Shown: positions 61,061 to 64,000 of the stretch, piece by piece
Numbering within the stretch: the stretch's first letter is position 1
How the letters are laid out: each line of letters opens with the position of its first letter
From: Brevundimonas sp.
GTDB lineage: Bacteria; Pseudomonadota; Alphaproteobacteria; Caulobacterales; Caulobacteraceae
NCBI RefSeq assembly: GCF_003248965.1
Contig: NZ_QFQU01000013.1
Reading direction: 5' to 3' (one strand)
DNA length: 64,000 nt
The notes under the pieces: generated by a model
Seen by the model: only the letters and a program-made list of their open reading frames with translations
Databases searched by the model: none
Told to the model about the DNA's origin: nothing
Program-made: the position numbers and the translations under genes

Positions 61061-64000
61061 TCAACCGGCGACACGGACAGCGATCATACCCTCGTCGGCA
61101 GTCTCGCCCGCCGTTGCGTCGGCGGCCAAGGCCGCCGCCATGAGCGCCTCGCCTTCGTCGGTCTGTCCGATCTCCTTAAGCATCCGGCCGAGACCGTATT
61201 TCGCCTTCTGATTGGAAGGATCGAGATCCGCCGCCGTGCGATAGGCCGTGACGGCTTCGGTCTTGCGATTGAGGAACCGAAGCAAAGACCCGCGCCGCAT
61301 GTGGAGCTCGACATCGTCGCTCTTCTGCTGGATCGCCTTGTCGCACATGTCCAAGGCGACGTCCCGACTGATCCGCAGAAGTCGGTCCGACACGCAGGCT
61401 TGTGCAACGTCGTCGAGATCGATGGTGGTCAGCGCCGTAAAGCGCGCCCTGTCCTCGCCAGCGCCGCGCGTGTCGCCGAGCCTGTCGCGGACAGCCGCCC
61501 GATCGATCAACAGAGCCGGGAAGTCGGTCTCGACCGACAGGGCGTTGGTGAGCACAGTCTCCGCCTTGGCTGGATCCGACGCCTTCAAGCCCGAGGCTAG
61601 AGACTGCGTCATGGCGATGAATATCCCCACCTGCGCTTCGGCATGTCCGAGCGATTGCGCCAAGACCTTCGCCTGGTCATAGGCCGCTTGCGTCCGCCCC
61701 ATGCGCATGAGCTGCACCACCAGCGCCATCTGGGCTGTTTGGTCTTGCGGCTGAAGCGCGGCGACCCGTTCCAGGTCGGCGAGCGCACGGGCCGACTGAC
61801 CCATGCGCTCATAGGCGGCAGCCCGACGATAAAGAGCGTGAATGTCCTCCGGCCAGGATCGCAGCGCCCCCGTGAACGCCAGCACAGCCTCCAGATCGTC
61901 GTTCTCGATTTCCGCCAACCGGCCCTTGGCGTGAAGAAGGATCACCTCATTGGGATTGACGGCCTCCGCTGCGGCGATATCGGCGCGCGCCTTTTCAAGC
62001 GTGTTCAGGGCCAGATAGGCCAGGGCGCGGTTGGCGAGCGCATTGGCGTTGGGCGCCGGAAAGCCAGCGATCGCAGCGTCAAACTGGGCGATAGCCGCCA
62101 GATGATCGCCCTGATCGTTGAGCGCGTAACCGCGACGAAGCGCGGCCTCCGGATCGCCTTCGGGCGGGGTCTCCAGGGTTTGACGGTCCGTGGCCGTCAT
62201 CACATAGCCCGGCCTCACCCGCATGGTCGCCTTCAGGTCCTTGAACCGGTCCATGTTCGACTGTTCGGCCCTGACCTCCGTCGCCGTCGCATAGGGTCGA
62301 AGCGTGATGGACCCCCGATCGGTCTCCAGCCGGTTTCCGTTCCGCTGAACGGTGCGGAAATAGCGGGTGGCGCCCGCCTCGACCTCGTAGGGCTCTACCG
62401 AGAAGTCGATGTCGTCCCGGCCTTCGGGGAGGATGACGACGGTGCGGAAGGAGCTGAAGCCGGGGAAGTCTTTCGCGTAATCCGCGTCTCTGAATCGCTC
62501 GTCGGCGTTCAGGTCGAACCCCTGCCATGTGACGTGAGCCAAGGGGATGTTGATCGGCCCGCCGCTCCAGTCGAAGACCATGCGCGCCGTCGCGCTGGCG
62601 ACGAATTCATGCGTATCCTCGCGGTATTCCCATTGGCTTCTTACGTCAGAGACCTCGCCGCTGCTCTTCAGCAGCGTCTTCCATCGCTCATCGTAGAGCC
62701 GCGTCAGTTCGGTCGTCGGCGCCTGCGCCGCGACGGCCTGCATTTCGGTGGCGCTGTCACCCCGATCGATATCGGTGATCGTGACGCGTGCGGGGCTGTA
62801 AACGCCCTCCGACAGGTCGATCTCGACCGTAATGGCGCCCATGGGACGCGAGGGAAGGCTGAGCGGAACGCGCTCCAGACGCGCGCGCTCGGTGATGGGA
62901 AGGATGTATTCGTGAACCAACGGCACGTCCGGCGTCAGGCTTCGATCCCCGATCCGGGACCCGTCCATCAGATAGGTCTGCTGACCGATCCGCGCCTTGA
63001 CGATCACATGATCGAACACGCTGACCATTGGCAGATATTGGTCGAGCGGCAGATTGTTCGAGGAGACCAGCACTGGAACCGCGTCGATGTCGAGCGCTCG
63101 CAGCAGCGCCACCAAAAGAACGGTCTTGCCCTTGCAGTCGCCCTGACGGCTGGCCCAGACGTCCTGAGCCGAGGTCGGCAGCCAGCCCCCTTCGCCAAGC
63201 GTCAAGGCCATGTAGCGCACCTCGTCCTGAACCAGCCTCAGGGCCGCCAGGGCGCGTGCTTCGGGAGTGGGGTTCTCGGACTTGATACGTTCCAGGCTTG
63301 CGGCGAGATCTGGCGCGTCCGGCAGGCGCTCTGCCTGATCGAAGGCCGGGCGCACATGGTCGGCGATGGCGCCCCATTGCGGTATGCTGCTGACCTGCCA
63401 GCCGTAGTCCGGAAGCGATCGAGGTGCGATGTTGATCGGGTACGCGTCTCCGTTCGTATCCGTCATGCGATAGGTCAGGACCTTGAAATCGTCCTTCTGG
63501 AGGATCGGCGGAAGCTCGGCATGGCGACCGACGCGGGTTTGCACCGCCATGGAGGACGGCCAGCTCAGAGTCGTCACGCCAAGGTCGACCGGCAATGCAG
63601 AGCGCGAATAGCCGATCGCTTCCAGGGGATTGCCGAAGACGTCAAACTGGGTGCGCAGCGAATAGGCGAAGTCGATAGTGTCGCCCACGCGGATGTCCGG
63701 GTTGATCAGGAGGCCGGTCAGAATTCCTGTGATCTGCTGCGACTTCTCCAGACCCGCCTCCCGGCGAAGGATGGTGAAGTCGGTCTTCTCCAGAATGTCG
63801 GTGGTTTCGCCCGCGCGGACAATGCGGGCGTGATGGACAGTGGGCGTTTGGAAGGCCGGATTCCACTCCAGGCTCAGCCGCGACGCCTGTTGCAGCCCCA
63901 GGGGCGACAGCACCTTGAGTCGCATGTGGACATAGGTTTCCGTATGGTCCCCAAAGGCCCTCGCATGGCTTTCGACGACTTCGTACCGAAAGGGCTGCGT
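61061..64000 (-). CDS. DUF3857 + transglutaminase-like + TPR protein (5' end outside window)
   Basis: Frame open to window edge; PDIRVGDTIDFAYS, VQDEVRY, GDCKGKT (Cys), FDHVIV (His), LMDGS (Asp), C-terminal TPRs. Confidence 0.85.
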   Translation of the reverse strand, partial: TQPFRYEVVESHARAFGDHTETYVHMRLKVLSPLGLQQASRLSLEWNPAFQTPTVHHARIVRAGETTDILEKTDFTILRREAGLEKSQQITGILTGLLINPDIRVGDTIDFAYSLRTQFDVFGNPLEAIGYSRSALPVDLGVTTLSWPSSMAVQTRVGRHAELPPILQKDDFKVLTYRMTDTNGDAYPINIAPRSLPDYGWQVSSIPQWGAIADHVRPAFDQAERLPDAPDLAASLERIKSENPTPEARALAALRLVQDEVRYMALTLGEGGWLPTSAQDVWASRQGDCKGKTVLLVALLRALDIDAVPVLVSSNNLPLDQYLPMVSVFDHVIVKARIGQQTYLMDGSRIGDRSLTPDVPLVHEYILPITERARLERVPLSLPSRPMGAITVEIDLSEGVYSPARVTITDIDRGDSATEMQAVAAQAPTTELTRLYDERWKTLLKSSGEVSDVRSQWEYREDTHEFVASATARMVFDWSGGPINIPLAHVTWQGFDLNADERFRDADYAKDFPGFSSFRTVVILPEGRDDIDFSVEPYEVEAGATRYFRTVQRNGNRLETDRGSITLRPYATATEVRAEQSNMDRFKDLKATMRVRPGYVMTATDRQTLETPPEGDPEAALRRGYALNDQGDHLAAIAQFDAAIAGFPAPNANALANRALAYLALNTLEKARADIAAAEAVNPNEVILLHAKGRLAEIENDDLEAVLAFTGALRSWPEDIHALYRRAAAYERMGQSARALADLERVAALQPQDQTAQMALVVQLMRMGRTQAAYDQAKVLAQSLGHAEAQVGIFIAMTQSLASGLKASDPAKAETVLTNALSVETDFPALLIDRAAVRDRLGDTRGAGEDRARFTALTTIDLDDVAQACVSDRLLRISRDVALDMCDKAIQQKSDDVELHMRRGSLLRFLNRKTEAVTAYRTAADLDPSNQKAKYGLGRMLKEIGQTDEGEALMAAALAADATAGETADEGMIAVRVAG

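Overview
GC-rich alphaproteobacterial chromosome segment. Gene content and sequence style point to Caulobacteraceae, most likely Brevundimonas (inference). The left ~27.6 kb is mostly housekeeping and proteolysis genes (SDR, S41/M16/trypsin/HtrA/M17/NlpC peptidases, rlmN, thpR, mmcB with a perfect SOS box, yidD, thrS, dapD, argB). It also has a candidate structured sRNA, a CIR/RIME-like intergenic repeat and an inserted pair of SAM-methyltransferase genes. A visibly more AT-rich accessory block of ~19.4 kb (27759-47150) sits between argB and putA. It encodes a frameshifted Zn-ribbon methyltransferase, a 1494-aa RTX/serralysin-type M10 metalloprotease, a GT4, a largely translationally coupled operon (three GT-like genes, FkbM methyltransferase, coiled-coil/TPR protein, KpsM/KpsE/KpsT-like exporter) and a gmd-acetyltransferase-per (GDP-N-acetylperosamine) trio. 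This block is the best candidate for an undescribed system. To its right are putA/putR, a ManC::AGE-family isomerase fusion, a GT4, PMM/PGM, DUF6894 plus two Crp/Fnr genes, glmS/glmM and a DUF3857-transglutaminase-TPR gene running off the window. I saw no tRNA, rRNA, CRISPR array, transposase or integrase. All calls come from motif recognition by eye; no database searches were run.
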